Positions 16,806-25,661 of a DNA stretch of 29,964 nucleotides are shown one piece after another. The stretch's first letter is position 1; the number at the start of each line of letters is the position of its first letter. Made by a program: the position numbers and the translations under genes. A model generated the notes under the pieces. That model was not told where the DNA came from, searched no databases, and saw only the letters and a list, made by a program, of their open reading frames with translations. This stretch comes from a virus (lineage: Duplodnaviria; Caudoviricetes), in the IMG/VR virus record IMGVR_UViG_3300036784_000019, positions 1 through 29,964 of that record; one strand, 5' to 3'.

Positions 16806-18622
16806 CAGAGGTGTCCCCTTCCGTTTCCGTTAGTGCTGGTGATCATGTCCCGTGCCAGCTTGGCGTCAGGCATGTAGGTGGTAAGCCCCGGAACAAGGCG
16901 CGAGTCAGCCTCGTCGTTAATGCCGGGGTTCTCAGAAACGATGCGGTCATTGGTCTCGCACACTGACACCAGGAGCTGCTGCGCGGCCAGCCGGACCTCA
17001 TACGGCACGTCGCTGTTGCGCTGGACCGAGATCAGAGAGGCCAGGAAGCTCGCCGGGTCCTGAGCCAGCGGGAGAGGCGCGTTCGGACGGCCGATAGGAG
17101 TGCCCGTACGCCCGTTGACCGTGATGGGGTAGGGGCTGGGCGCTGCGCCTGCCGGTCCTCCACCATTGGAACCACCTCCCGCTGAGCTAGACCCTGCATT
17201 GCCGCTGGCTGCGGTCTTGCCGAACGCCCCGCCGCTGCCGCCTGCACCTGGAGTTGGGGCAATACCCTGGACCGGGTAACCCTGCTTGACCAGCGACGGG
17301 ATGATGTACTTCTCAAGCGCGATCAGCTTGTCGGCCGCGCGGTCCATCTCGAATTCCACGGCCGGGATAAACGACTTGGGAATGACGCCGGCCCTGGTGC
17401 CCATGGCGTTCATAGTCGTCAGCGGCAGGTACTCGTCACCAAGATGGCCCGGAATGGGCGGCCGGTCTTCCATGTCGCGCAGCTCGTTGACGTTGACCAG
17501 GCCGATATTCCTCATGATCTGGTACATGGTCATGCGGGCCTCAAGGTCAGTCTTGAGCAGCGCGTCCGTGTAGAACTTGCACATGCGGTTGCGCGGCAGC
17601 AGGAACATTGAGAACCGCTGCTCGAAGTTCACCAGCCACGGGCGGCACGCCTCGATGATCTGGAGTGTGGACTGCTCGACCGTGTTATAGGTCAGCGAAT
17701 CGCCACGGGTACCGCCGATGCGGTCAGGCGGCACGTTGTAGATCGCGGCGACCTGAGTCGCGTTCATCTGGATTGTCTCCAGGAACTGCGCCTCGGCCGG
17801 CGGAACGGTTACCGGCTTGTAATCCCAGTCACGCCCGTAGACCAGCGGCTCATGCCGCCGCAGGGACTTAACCAGCTCGGCGCGCATCTCAGCGGCCTGC
17901 TGCTTGTCCACCTCGATCTCGGCATTCTGAAACGTGCCGGACGGGAAGCCGCCGGAGGCAAACCAGTCATTGCCGAAGCGCATTGCCTCGACGCCGCTGG
18001 TGTACAGGAGCGCGAAACTCCTAAGCGGCGAGATGCCCTCAAGCCGCCCGTTAATAGGCAGGCCCCGGATATGGAAGACCTCGGCGTCAGGACCGTGCCA
18101 CTGAACTTCGCGGCCGAACATGAACACCTTGGTAGCCAGTGGATTCCAGGTGTTCTCGTCGCTCGCCTCGTGAACGTACACGTCCTGCGGGGGCAGCCAC
18201 TGAATGCCCGTGGGGTAGCCGTAATTGTCGCGGCCGGTAATGAATCCCCATGCATTGCCCTGGAGGAGAACGCAGGCGAGCGCCATCTTGATCCACTCGA
18301 ACTGCGTGGTGTTGTAGGAGGGCTCATCAAAGATGGAGGGCCCAGTCCACAGGCGCTTGCCGGGGTAGCCGTCGCGCCCCATGTTCTGGAGGTAGACGCG
18401 CAGCGGCATCGATGCCACGTTGTCCGCGATCAGGTTAATGGCAGCGTAAAGGGCAGGAAGCCCGAGCGCGGCGTCCGCGCCCATGATCTGGCGCGAGGGA
18501 TGCGCAGGGCCGCCCGCGTCAAAGCGAAACTGCCAGGAGTCCCAGGGCCTCCAGGGCATGCTGCCGATAACACGCTGCTCAACCTGCGCAGACGCCAGCA
18601 GCCTGTCCCGGTATCGCGCCAC
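16805..18622 (-). CDS. Portal protein, HK97 family, with long C-terminal extension
   Basis: ALYAAINLIADNVASMPL, LLQGNAW, EVFHIRG, GISPL, EAQFLET, IYNVPP, NVNELRDMED; SD GGAGG. Confidence 0.95.
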   Translation of the reverse strand: MARYRDRLLASAQVEQRVIGSMPWRPWDSWQFRFDAGGPAHPSRQIMGADAALGLPALYAAINLIADNVASMPLRVYLQNMGRDGYPGKRLWTGPSIFDEPSYNTTQFEWIKMALACVLLQGNAWGFITGRDNYGYPTGIQWLPPQDVYVHEASDENTWNPLATKVFMFGREVQWHGPDAEVFHIRGLPINGRLEGISPLRSFALLYTSGVEAMRFGNDWFASGGFPSGTFQNAEIEVDKQQAAEMRAELVKSLRRHEPLVYGRDWDYKPVTVPPAEAQFLETIQMNATQVAAIYNVPPDRIGGTRGDSLTYNTVEQSTLQIIEACRPWLVNFEQRFSMFLLPRNRMCKFYTDALLKTDLEARMTMYQIMRNIGLVNVNELRDMEDRPPIPGHLGDEYLPLTTMNAMGTRAGVIPKSFIPAVEFEMDRAADKLIALEKYIIPSLVKQGYPVQGIAPTPGAGGSGGAFGKTAASGNAGSSSAGGGSNGGGPAGAAPSPYPITVNGRTGTPIGRPNAPLPLAQDPASFLASLISVQRNSDVPYEVRLAAQQLLVSVCETNDRIVSENPGINDEADSRLVPGLTTYMPDAKLARDMITSTNGNGRGHL

Positions 18623-18630
18623 TGTGCCTC

Positions 18631-18658
18631 CCGTGAAGAGTCTTCACGGTCCACAGTA
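18631..18658 (-). promoter_or_regulatory. Putative late promoter/operator, copy 3: TACTGT-N4-CGTGAAGAC; palindrome CCGTGAAGA-N-TCTTCACGG
   Basis: Perfect 9-bp inverted repeat 18631-18649 overlapping the edge of the portal SD. Confidence 0.6.
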
Positions 18659-18681
18659 GCGTGAACTGGCTACACGTGCTA

Positions 18682-19047
18682 TCAGCCGGGCTCGGAGTAC
18701 ACGGCGCTGGCTGGTCCGGTGGGCATGCCGAACGGCGTCCGGTACGCGTTCTTGATGGGATTGTTTTCGAGCAGGTCTTCAGGGTAAAGCGGCGGGGCAA
18801 CCTGCTGCGGCGGAACAACCGGGGGAACCTTCGGCACAGTACGGGCACCGTGATGGAACCCGTCAGCGAAGGCCAGGACGATCCCGTGAACAGTCAGCCA
18901 TGCGTAGCCTGAAAGCCAGCCAAACACGGCAAAGAGCCCGAAGAAGGCATTCTCCAGGAAGATGCCGAACCTCTTCGCCACATCACCCGGAGGGTTAGCG
19001 TCCGCCTGCTCGGCAGCCCTGGCCATGATTTCCTGGATGTCAGTCAT
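18682..19047 (-). CDS. Membrane-associated hypothetical protein
   Basis: Hydrophobic segment AFFGLFAVFGWLSGYAWL; ATG 7 nt after TATAGT. Confidence 0.7.
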   Translation of the reverse strand: MTDIQEIMARAAEQADANPPGDVAKRFGIFLENAFFGLFAVFGWLSGYAWLTVHGIVLAFADGFHHGARTVPKVPPVVPPQQVAPPLYPEDLLENNPIKNAYRTPFGMPTGPASAVYSEPG

Positions 19048-19055
19048 GATGACTA

Positions 19056-19265
19056 CTATACGGAACGCGGCCCGTTCGGTCTCTCCGGGGGCGGCTGAGT
19101 TCTACAGAGGTGGCACACCTGGCGCTCGCAGAAGCCGTGGTCGCTGTACACCGCGATCCACATGTCCCTGTAGGAGTGGTACTGAGCAACAGTCATGTGC
19201 GGCTCGTCGTGTATGTACGTGCCGGGCCCATCAGTGAAGTGCCAGCCGTTGTCGTGCTTAGGCAC
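19056..19265 (-). CDS. Small His/Cys-containing hypothetical protein
   Basis: Overlaps the Thg1 stop by 8 nt; HxxC...CxxC. Confidence 0.55.
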   Translation of the reverse strand: MPKHDNGWHFTDGPGTYIHDEPHMTVAQYHSYRDMWIAVYSDHGFCERQVCHLCRTQPPPERPNGPRSV

Positions 19266-19962
19266 CGATCCGCTCCGAGATCTCTGCGTAGATCAGCTTC
19301 TCGTGGGACAGCTTGCCGTCCCGGTCAATCCACGTACCGTTCTTCAATACAGGCTCAAGGTCCGCCCAGTTCACCCCGAACTGGTGCAGCAGGTCATGCA
19401 CGTCGCGCCGCTTCTGATTCTGCATACGGCTGTGGCCGCATACGTAGTAGCCGAGCATGGACAGGGAATTGCGCTCCCAGTCACGCTGCCGCCAGATGAA
19501 CACGTTAGCCGCGTCCTCGTACGGCACGCTGAACGCTCGGGCATCGAAGAAGGCAGGAGCCACATCGGCACCGGGAAGCGCCTGGCGAAATGACTCATTG
19601 AAGTAAAAGGTGAACATGCTCGCGGTGATGGACACGATCTTGTTGGCGTTGTTCCCAAACCACGGCTGGGACTCGATTGCGTCCGTGTCGGTAATCATGA
19701 ACGTCGCCTCGTCGCTCTGGACGTACGCGAGCTTGAACCCCTGCATCTGCCGCGCAGTGAATACGGCGGCATCCTGCATTGACTGGACGAGTCCCATGTC
19801 GAATGGCTTGTCCATGTGCCTGGCCCAGGTGTGGAACGCTTTGCCGTCTACCCGGATGAACACGGGCTGGTTAGGCGTCAGGAACGGCCGGGTGACGGCC
19901 TCGTATTTCTTGATCCGGTCACCCAGGCTGTCACCAGGCGTAGGGGCCTTGTCCTTGGTCAC
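19258..19962 (-). CDS. thg1: tRNA(His) guanylyltransferase Thg1-like 3'-5' polymerase
   Basis: GDRIKKYE, IRVDGKAFH, KPFD, YVQSDE, FDARAF, WRQRD..RNS; start GTG 19962 (GTGA overlap). Confidence 0.92.
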   Translation of the reverse strand: MTKDKAPTPGDSLGDRIKKYEAVTRPFLTPNQPVFIRVDGKAFHTWARHMDKPFDMGLVQSMQDAAVFTARQMQGFKLAYVQSDEATFMITDTDAIESQPWFGNNANKIVSITASMFTFYFNESFRQALPGADVAPAFFDARAFSVPYEDAANVFIWRQRDWERNSLSMLGYYVCGHSRMQNQKRRDVHDLLHQFGVNWADLEPVLKNGTWIDRDGKLSHEKLIYAEISERIGA

Positions 19963-20126
19963 CACATCTCCAGCGGGAACATGTAGAGAGCGTCCTGGTC
20001 GCCGTGGGTGCTCGGGTCGGCGCAGCGGTACTTGGACGCGATGCCGTTGCTGCTCACGAAGACGAGCGGTCCCTCGCACTCGGGACACTTCAGCTCTTTG
20101 AGCGTGAACTTGACGTTAGATGCCAT
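19959..20126 (-). CDS. Small zinc-ribbon protein
   Basis: KCPECEG...YRC...H; SD GGAG. Confidence 0.6.
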   Translation of the reverse strand: MASNVKFTLKELKCPECEGPLVFVSSNGIASKYRCADPSTHGDQDALYMFPLEMW

Positions 20127-20144
20127 GCCCGCTCCAACCACGGG

Positions 20145-20705
20145 TTACGCGTGCTTATTCCCGTGACGGTAGGGCCTGGTCTCGTTGATCGCCATCTTGA
20201 TGTTGAACGCCTGCATGAGGTTCACGCCCAACTCGTCGCACGTGTCCTGAAGCTGGAGGAAGAAGTACGCCAGGTGCTTCCTGGTCTCAGTCGTCACGCC
20301 GCCGCGATCATCCAGGCCCTCGGTGCGGTAGGACTCGATTGCGTCCCTGATGCGCCTGACGAGCTGCATGCACATGCCGTCAAACGAGTTGGCCTTGCGC
20401 TGCTCGTAGCCGTGCCGGTAGGTGTCCACGACGACGCTCAGGTCAACCATGAACCGCGACGCGTCGTCCACCAGGCGGATGTAGCAGTCGGCGAACTCAC
20501 TGGTCATCTGCCCCCGCGCCGCCCAGCCGCCGAGCAGCCCTTCCTCCGCGTAAGCGTCGCTGACCTCGACCACCTCGGTCATCAGCAGCGCCATGGCCTC
20601 CAGGAAGCTGACCGGCTTGTCGTACCAGCCGCGATCGACGTTGACCCGGTGGACGTACTCCTGGTTGCGAGCGTGCTCGACGCCGGAGATCTGGTTAAAG
20701 CTCAC
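20145..20705 (-). CDS. MazG-like NTP pyrophosphohydrolase with internal duplication
   Basis: ALLMTEVVEVSDA...EFADCYIRLVD; C-terminal KMAINETRPYRHGNK. Confidence 0.85.
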   Translation of the reverse strand: MSFNQISGVEHARNQEYVHRVNVDRGWYDKPVSFLEAMALLMTEVVEVSDAYAEEGLLGGWAARGQMTSEFADCYIRLVDDASRFMVDLSVVVDTYRHGYEQRKANSFDGMCMQLVRRIRDAIESYRTEGLDDRGGVTTETRKHLAYFFLQLQDTCDELGVNLMQAFNIKMAINETRPYRHGNKHA

Positions 20706-20845
20706 GTGTTACTCTCCTGGTAGTACTCGGCGGCCAGTCGCTCAAAGTCTTCCTGCCGAACTTCCCCGTCCGGAAGCGGCCCGTGCCTCTGCGCCGCCCA
20801 CTGAACGAACTCCGGGTACTGAGTAGCTACATCATTCCAGGTCAT
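20702..20845 (-). CDS. 47-aa hypothetical protein (not in the ORF track)
   Basis: MTWNDVATQYPEFVQWAAQRHGPLPDGEVRQEDFERLAAEYYQESNT; TGATG and GTGA coupling at both ends. Confidence 0.7.
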   Translation of the reverse strand: MTWNDVATQYPEFVQWAAQRHGPLPDGEVRQEDFERLAAEYYQESNT

Positions 20846-21915
20846 CAGCGCATCACCAGCAGCCGGGTGTTCCTGATCAGCTTGCGGTTGTTGGACGTGG
20901 ACTGCACGAAGATCGTCGCGCCGCTCATCTGGTCCGGCTTCACGCGCACTGAGTGATCGGTAGGCAGGCCGAGAATGGTGCGGGCGGCAGGGCCGCTGTA
21001 AACATGGCGCACTTCGCGGGGGGTACCCGCATTCTCGGTAACCTCAACGGCGATGTTCTTCTGCGGCTGGATCGTCTCCGTCTTCATGAACTGGTAGTAC
21101 GCCCGGCCGACCATGTACGGCTTGCCCGTCTCCCGCGCCACGAACTCGTCAATGCGCGAGTCTTCCTTCACGTCCAGGGTGAAGTAGCTGCCGGTGGTCA
21201 GCGGGATAGCAGCCGCCTTGACCTCGGACGCGGAGAACTGCCTAGTCTGGAACAGGCCGCCACGGGTAGCAGCATTCGGCCTTGACATCGACCGGGCGCT
21301 GTAGCCGTGGACGCCGTACTTGCGGCCTTCCATGAAGTTCTCGGTCGCCGTCCGCATGACCTGGCCCACGTCCTCGACGCCGGCCACCGACGTGGTGTCC
21401 CAGATGGACACGTTGTCCTTCGGGAACCCGCACTGCTTGAGGGCGAAAACCGCCTGCTGGTCAGGCGCGAACGCCGCCAGGGTCCAGTTGTCGGGCAGCT
21501 CGTTGATCACCGACTCCAGGAAGTACGGGTCCTTCATCCGGCTGTCGTTCTCATAGCCGTCGCTGACCACGTAGATCAGGAACGCGTGCTGCCCGTACTT
21601 CTGCGGGACCTGCTTGAGGTCGTCGATCGCCAGCAGGGTGGCGTCGATCAGCGCGGTCATGCCGCTGGGGTGATACTGGCCCTTGACGGACGGCATGCGC
21701 AGTACGTCCTTGTCGTAGTACACGCACTTCTCGCGACCCCGGCTGGAGAACTGGTAGAACGTGACGCGGGTCTCCTGGTCGTGCACCTTGGACCTGTCAG
21801 CCAGGTAGGCGACGGTGTTGTCGATGACCTGCACCACGCTGCCCGCCAGCTTTTTCATGGAAGCCGACGCGTCTCCGACGATGGCGATGTGGTTGATGTA
21901 GTTCGCGGTATCCAT
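20845..21915 (-). CDS. vWA-domain protein with intact MIDAS
   Basis: ATG 21915, SD AGGAG; DASASM, GMTALIDA, VSDGYEN; extra C-terminal domain (GRAYYQF.K.E.IQ..K). Confidence 0.85.
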   Translation of the reverse strand: MDTANYINHIAIVGDASASMKKLAGSVVQVIDNTVAYLADRSKVHDQETRVTFYQFSSRGREKCVYYDKDVLRMPSVKGQYHPSGMTALIDATLLAIDDLKQVPQKYGQHAFLIYVVSDGYENDSRMKDPYFLESVINELPDNWTLAAFAPDQQAVFALKQCGFPKDNVSIWDTTSVAGVEDVGQVMRTATENFMEGRKYGVHGYSARSMSRPNAATRGGLFQTRQFSASEVKAAAIPLTTGSYFTLDVKEDSRIDEFVARETGKPYMVGRAYYQFMKTETIQPQKNIAVEVTENAGTPREVRHVYSGPAARTILGLPTDHSVRVKPDQMSGATIFVQSTSNNRKLIRNTRLLVMR

Positions 21916-21923
21916 GCCGGCTC

Positions 21924-23606
21924 CTAGGCAACGGTGTTGGAGAGGTCGTACGACCTGCGCTTCTTGTTGAGTACGTAGGCTGCCAGTGTAGCCGCTGTGA
22001 TCGGTGAGATATCCGACTCGGCATCCCGCCTGGACCACGCCTTGCCCCCGTCGCCCACCACTCTAGTACCTGCCCGGCCTACTGCCTGCCACAGGGTAGG
22101 GGCCAGGGCCTCGCCGAAGTGCCAGAGCTTCTGTTCCTTGACCTGCTGGAGCATGAACGCGAACGCGGCAGCCTCCTCAGCGGGCCCTACCGGGTACACG
22201 CGGTCGCCCCACTTGCGGATAGCGTCGTCCAGGAGCCCGGCGGCCGGGCCGGACTTGGGTACCGCGATGGCGAGCGGGCGGCGCTTCATGTACCGCTCGT
22301 GCAGGTAGTCGATCACCCACTTGGTACCCTGCCGGTGGCCCTCGCGCGGCATCTCGATCACGATGCGCTTCTGCTTGTGCTCCCACGCGCCCATGACCGT
22401 TGCCGACTTGCCGTCCTCGGACACGTCGAACGCGAACACCAGGGGCGGCGTCGGGAAGCCGGGGTCCTCGTTAACCAGGAGCTTCCAGGCCGGCTTGCTG
22501 ATGGTCTCCCAGGGCTCTTCCGCCGAGGGCCAGTTGCCGATGGACAGGATCTCGATGTCGAACTTCGCCGGGGGCATCTTGGCGAGTTCACGGCGCGTGG
22601 TGGCCAGCGTGATGCGCTCGCCCATACCGGGGTTGGCCTTGGCCCAGGTGCGCGGATCGTCGCGGTCGTCGTGCTTGTCGCAGACGATGTAGTAGTTCGA
22701 CTCGCGGCCCTTCAGCTCGTCGCGCGGGCAGCCCTCGTCATGGGGGTTGGCAGAGAACTCCAGGCCGAAGGTCTGCGGGTCGCCCTTGATCATCAGGGAG
22801 CGCATGACGGCGAGCTGCTGGGACACCGACCCGTCCTCCAGGCCGGCCGACGCGGCATAGATCATCTGGGGGTTGGGACGGGCACGCATGGTAGGCATCG
22901 ACGCGCCGACCTGCTCATTGGACAAGATCATCGCCTCGTCGTAAACCAGGCAGTCGCAGGAGAAGCCTCGGGAGGTCGCCGCGCCGGAGCGGGCGTGGAA
23001 CTCTATCTTGGAAGTTCGGCGTGCGCTGATTTCCTTGCCGCCAGAACCGAAGATGATAGTGCGCCGGGGCTTCAGCTTGATGGCTTCCTTGCCGTTGCCC
23101 GTGACGATGCTGGCGACCTTCTTCTCCAGCGACGGGTAGGACTTGATGGTGTCGGTCAGCCGCTGGAGGTGGTTCAGGGAAGTCTTGAGCTGGTGCGAGG
23201 TGTGGATTATGAGTTCTTCGCCTAGCAGGAACACCCCGGCCAGCTCGCGGACTTCGAGGACGGTGCCCTTGCCGTTCTGGCGGGCCACGATCATCACCAC
23301 GTCAGGGGCCGCCCACAGGCCGTCCGGCAGGCGGCCCATCATGTGCCGCAGGGTCCACTTCTGCCAGGGGTCGAGCATGTAGCCGAAGCCCTCAGCCCAC
23401 TCCAGGACTTCGGTGCTTACATGGTCGCCGCAGCCGTGATCGTGCCTCTCCTCCAGGCGCTCGATCGCGCACATGGGGCAGTCGGGCACCTGGAGCTGGT
23501 GCCGGTCGGGGATGTTGGAGAAGCGCGGGACCTGCGACCCGAGCAGCGGACCTTCCATCGACGTGCCATCGGGCAGGTCAACGCGCTCAGTTAGCCGGTT
23601 ACCCAT
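21924..23606 (-). CDS. terL: Terminase large subunit
   Basis: LDPWQ, VARQNGKG (Walker A), LVYDEA (Walker B), WAKANPGMG, FAFDVS, DISPITA. Confidence 0.95.
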   Translation of the reverse strand: MGNRLTERVDLPDGTSMEGPLLGSQVPRFSNIPDRHQLQVPDCPMCAIERLEERHDHGCGDHVSTEVLEWAEGFGYMLDPWQKWTLRHMMGRLPDGLWAAPDVVMIVARQNGKGTVLEVRELAGVFLLGEELIIHTSHQLKTSLNHLQRLTDTIKSYPSLEKKVASIVTGNGKEAIKLKPRRTIIFGSGGKEISARRTSKIEFHARSGAATSRGFSCDCLVYDEAMILSNEQVGASMPTMRARPNPQMIYAASAGLEDGSVSQQLAVMRSLMIKGDPQTFGLEFSANPHDEGCPRDELKGRESNYYIVCDKHDDRDDPRTWAKANPGMGERITLATTRRELAKMPPAKFDIEILSIGNWPSAEEPWETISKPAWKLLVNEDPGFPTPPLVFAFDVSEDGKSATVMGAWEHKQKRIVIEMPREGHRQGTKWVIDYLHERYMKRRPLAIAVPKSGPAAGLLDDAIRKWGDRVYPVGPAEEAAAFAFMLQQVKEQKLWHFGEALAPTLWQAVGRAGTRVVGDGGKAWSRRDAESDISPITAATLAAYVLNKKRRSYDLSNTVA

Positions 23607-23620
23607 TCTGTGATATTACA

Positions 23621-23959
23621 TCACAGTGGCGGCAATTCCCCGTGCTTAATCCACTGCTCTGTTTCGTCGTCCCAGTAATGGGACCGCATGAACTCCTGGC
23701 GGACGTTCATGTACTCGCTGCTCCGGTAGCAGGTAATGGCCCACCGGGCGTCGTAGCTAGCCTGTTGTGAGCTGACTTCACATAGGCCGCCGTTTACGCG
23801 CTTGTCCCCGACGTAAGCGTGCCAGTACCAGCCGAGGTCACAGCGCACTACCTCGATGCGGCCGGGAAGCTCCCTGCACTTCGCGTTGACGGCATCGGCT
23901 AGCTGCTCGCTCCGGTACTGGTCGGCGCGGTGCCTGTAGTACCCGTCAAGAGGAGACAT
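23621..23959 (-). CDS. Hypothetical protein
   Basis: SD AGGAAGG; 112 aa. Confidence 0.65.
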   Translation of the reverse strand: MSPLDGYYRHRADQYRSEQLADAVNAKCRELPGRIEVVRCDLGWYWHAYVGDKRVNGGLCEVSSQQASYDARWAITCYRSSEYMNVRQEFMRSHYWDDETEQWIKHGELPPL

Positions 23960-24224
23960 GGGCCTTCCTGTAAGGACACGTACGCCGGATGGCTTCTTCT
24001 TCCCAGGGGTGCACTTCGATGCCTACCCGGCGGACGGCGGACACTGCTTCTTCGCATACCGCGCACGAGTGCGCAGACGCGTAATAGTCCTCAGCACTGG
24101 TACTCACGGACGGCAAGTTGTAAAGCTTGATGCCCCTCCGGGCGATCCCGCGCATGCCCCACACGAGGAGGGCAAGGCCGATCGCCACCAGGGTAAAACC
24201 CAGGACTACCAAGAAGACGACCAT
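23946..24224 (-). CDS. Small membrane protein
   Basis: N-terminal transmembrane helix; SD GAGGA. Confidence 0.65.
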   Translation of the reverse strand: MVVFLVVLGFTLVAIGLALLVWGMRGIARRGIKLYNLPSVSTSAEDYYASAHSCAVCEEAVSAVRRVGIEVHPWEEEAIRRTCPYRKAHVSS

Positions 24225-24231
24225 GAATTCC

Positions 24232-24564
24232 TCACTTAGCCGTGCAGAGGATGGTCACCCAGCCTCGCGGGTCACGGCACAGTTCCCTGTAGGTATGGTA
24301 ACCGTTCCACTTCAGCCAGATGGCCAGGCATTCCCACTCGTCTACCAGGTACGCGCTCAGCGTCTCCACGTAGTCTCCGGTGGGCCGCACCATGGGCTCG
24401 GCATCGGGAATCGCGCTCTTGTGGCCGAGGAGCTGGCGCTTCATGTTGCCGATCGCCTGCGTGGACCGCGAGGGCAGCAAGCTGGTGAGCTGCCGGGCGC
24501 TCATGGTCGGGTTGGCTAGGATCGCGTCCTTCTCTGCCTGAGTCCAGCCGGCACCGTTATACAT
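24232..24564 (-). CDS. Putative helix-turn-helix (Myb-like) DNA-binding protein
   Basis: Start ATG 24564; WTQAEKDAIL...SARQLTSLLPSRSTQAIGNMK. Confidence 0.55.
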   Translation of the reverse strand: MYNGAGWTQAEKDAILANPTMSARQLTSLLPSRSTQAIGNMKRQLLGHKSAIPDAEPMVRPTGDYVETLSAYLVDEWECLAIWLKWNGYHTYRELCRDPRGWVTILCTAK

Positions 24565-24778
24565 TAGGTACTTCGTAGAACCATACGTGCAGCCCCACCA
24601 GCGCCGTAACGGTGACGAACAGTGCCTTGTGCCGGTTAGCCAGGACAGTGACGGGCGGAACGTGCTTGCTCGGAAAGGTGAGGGCAACGGCCTCGTACAG
24701 GCAGGCCCCGACTATGGGAACCGTCATGCGCTTCTCGACCCGCCGCAGAGTCCGGTAAACGACATGCCTCTTGATCAT
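24557..24778 (-). CDS. Small hydrophobic/membrane protein
   Basis: Start ATG 24778; two hydrophobic segments. Confidence 0.55.
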   Translation of the reverse strand: MIKRHVVYRTLRRVEKRMTVPIVGACLYEAVALTFPSKHVPPVTVLANRHKALFVTVTALVGLHVWFYEVPNV

Positions 24779-25052
24779 CGCCCACGCGCCTCTTCCACCT
24801 GTCCGGAGGGTTCCTGCTAGCTTGAGCATACTTCTCCCGCCAGGCGTGATCACGCTTGTCCGTCCAGTCTCCGAGCCGGGCGAGGACCCACTTCACGCCG
24901 CGTGGGTTGGCAGGGATCTCCCAGCGCAAGGTGTTATCCTTCTTCACACCCCAGAAGAAACCGGACAGGCGGTCCCACGGCCCCTGGTAGAAGACGCAAA
25001 TCAGGAGCCTGCGGTTCCTAAGGCTCGATGGGCCCGGTGGGCTTGTCGTCAT
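24636..25052 (-). CDS. Trp/Arg-rich hypothetical protein
   Basis: ATG 25052 in TGATG coupling; its 3' part overlaps the next gene by about 140 nt. Confidence 0.45.
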   Translation of the reverse strand: MTTSPPGPSSLRNRRLLICVFYQGPWDRLSGFFWGVKKDNTLRWEIPANPRGVKWVLARLGDWTDKRDHAWREKYAQASRNPPDRWKRRVGDDQEACRLPDSAAGREAHDGSHSRGLPVRGRCPHLSEQARSARHCPG

Positions 25053-25210
25053 CACCGTCGTCGCCTTTCCTCTTCCAGTACCTCGAAGTACTCGCAGTTC
25101 ACGTCGTCGAGCCGTTCCTGTTCTGCCTCGTGCTTGTCTGTCAGGATGATGACGGCAAGGTAGATGCCGAGCAGGACGAAGATGGTAGTCAGCACCACCA
25201 CGGGGACCAT
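25052..25210 (-). CDS. 52-aa membrane protein (not in the ORF track)
   Basis: MVPVVVLTTIFVLLGIYLAVIILTDKHEAEQ...; TGATG coupling at both ends. Confidence 0.65.
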   Translation of the reverse strand: MVPVVVLTTIFVLLGIYLAVIILTDKHEAEQERLDDVNCEYFEVLEEERRRR

Positions 25211-25413
25211 CAGTAGCCTTCCTTCTCTGCGGGGCAGAACGGGCAGGGGATCGAGTCACACCCGAGGGTGTGAAGCGTGTTCACAAAGTCATCAGTTCTA
25301 GAATCGCACGTGCACTTCGGCTCACGGTTCTCCAGCCACTCGCGCCCGAGGTAGCCGGTCCCCTGGCAGGGGCATCCGAACAGGTCGGCATCCGTGAAGT
25401 CGAAGTCCTCCAT
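25210..25413 (-). CDS. Small Cys-rich protein
   Basis: SD GGAGG; CPC, CTC, CPFC motifs. Confidence 0.55.
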   Translation of the reverse strand: MEDFDFTDADLFGCPCQGTGYLGREWLENREPKCTCDSRTDDFVNTLHTLGCDSIPCPFCPAEKEGY

Positions 25414-25634
25414 AAACAGCAGTCCTCCAGTTCCTTCATGGAGAAGAACCCGAGCACGCGGTCATAGTCCGGGTCGTCGCCGTACTCAGCAGGACTGCGG
25501 TTAAGGAACGGGTAGATATCGTCGTCGCCCATCAACTCATCGCCCAGTTCCCTGGCATGCTGTATGCGCTGCCTTGACCACTTCTCACCCGCCGGCGAGC
25601 GCAGCCAGCGGATGACCTTCTTGTCATCCTTCAT
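25281..25634 (-). CDS. Hypothetical protein
   Basis: N-terminal WLRSPAGEKWSR is protein-like; C-terminal part overlaps the next gene. Confidence 0.5.
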   Translation of the reverse strand: MKDDKKVIRWLRSPAGEKWSRQRIQHARELGDELMGDDDIYPFLNRSPAEYGDDPDYDRVLGFFSMKELEDCCLWRTSTSRMPTCSDAPARGPATSGASGWRTVSRSARAILELMTL

Positions 25635-25661
25635 AGTCCGGTTAACGCCTGGGGCGTGAGG

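Noticed and set aside
24636-25634. Several ORFs whose tails run 50-140 nt into the next gene (also 10792-11040, 12363-12569), suggesting recoding
   Set aside because: No shared codon or slippery site at the expected stop positions, and all three stop codons are used normally. Such overlaps are common in high-GC phages.
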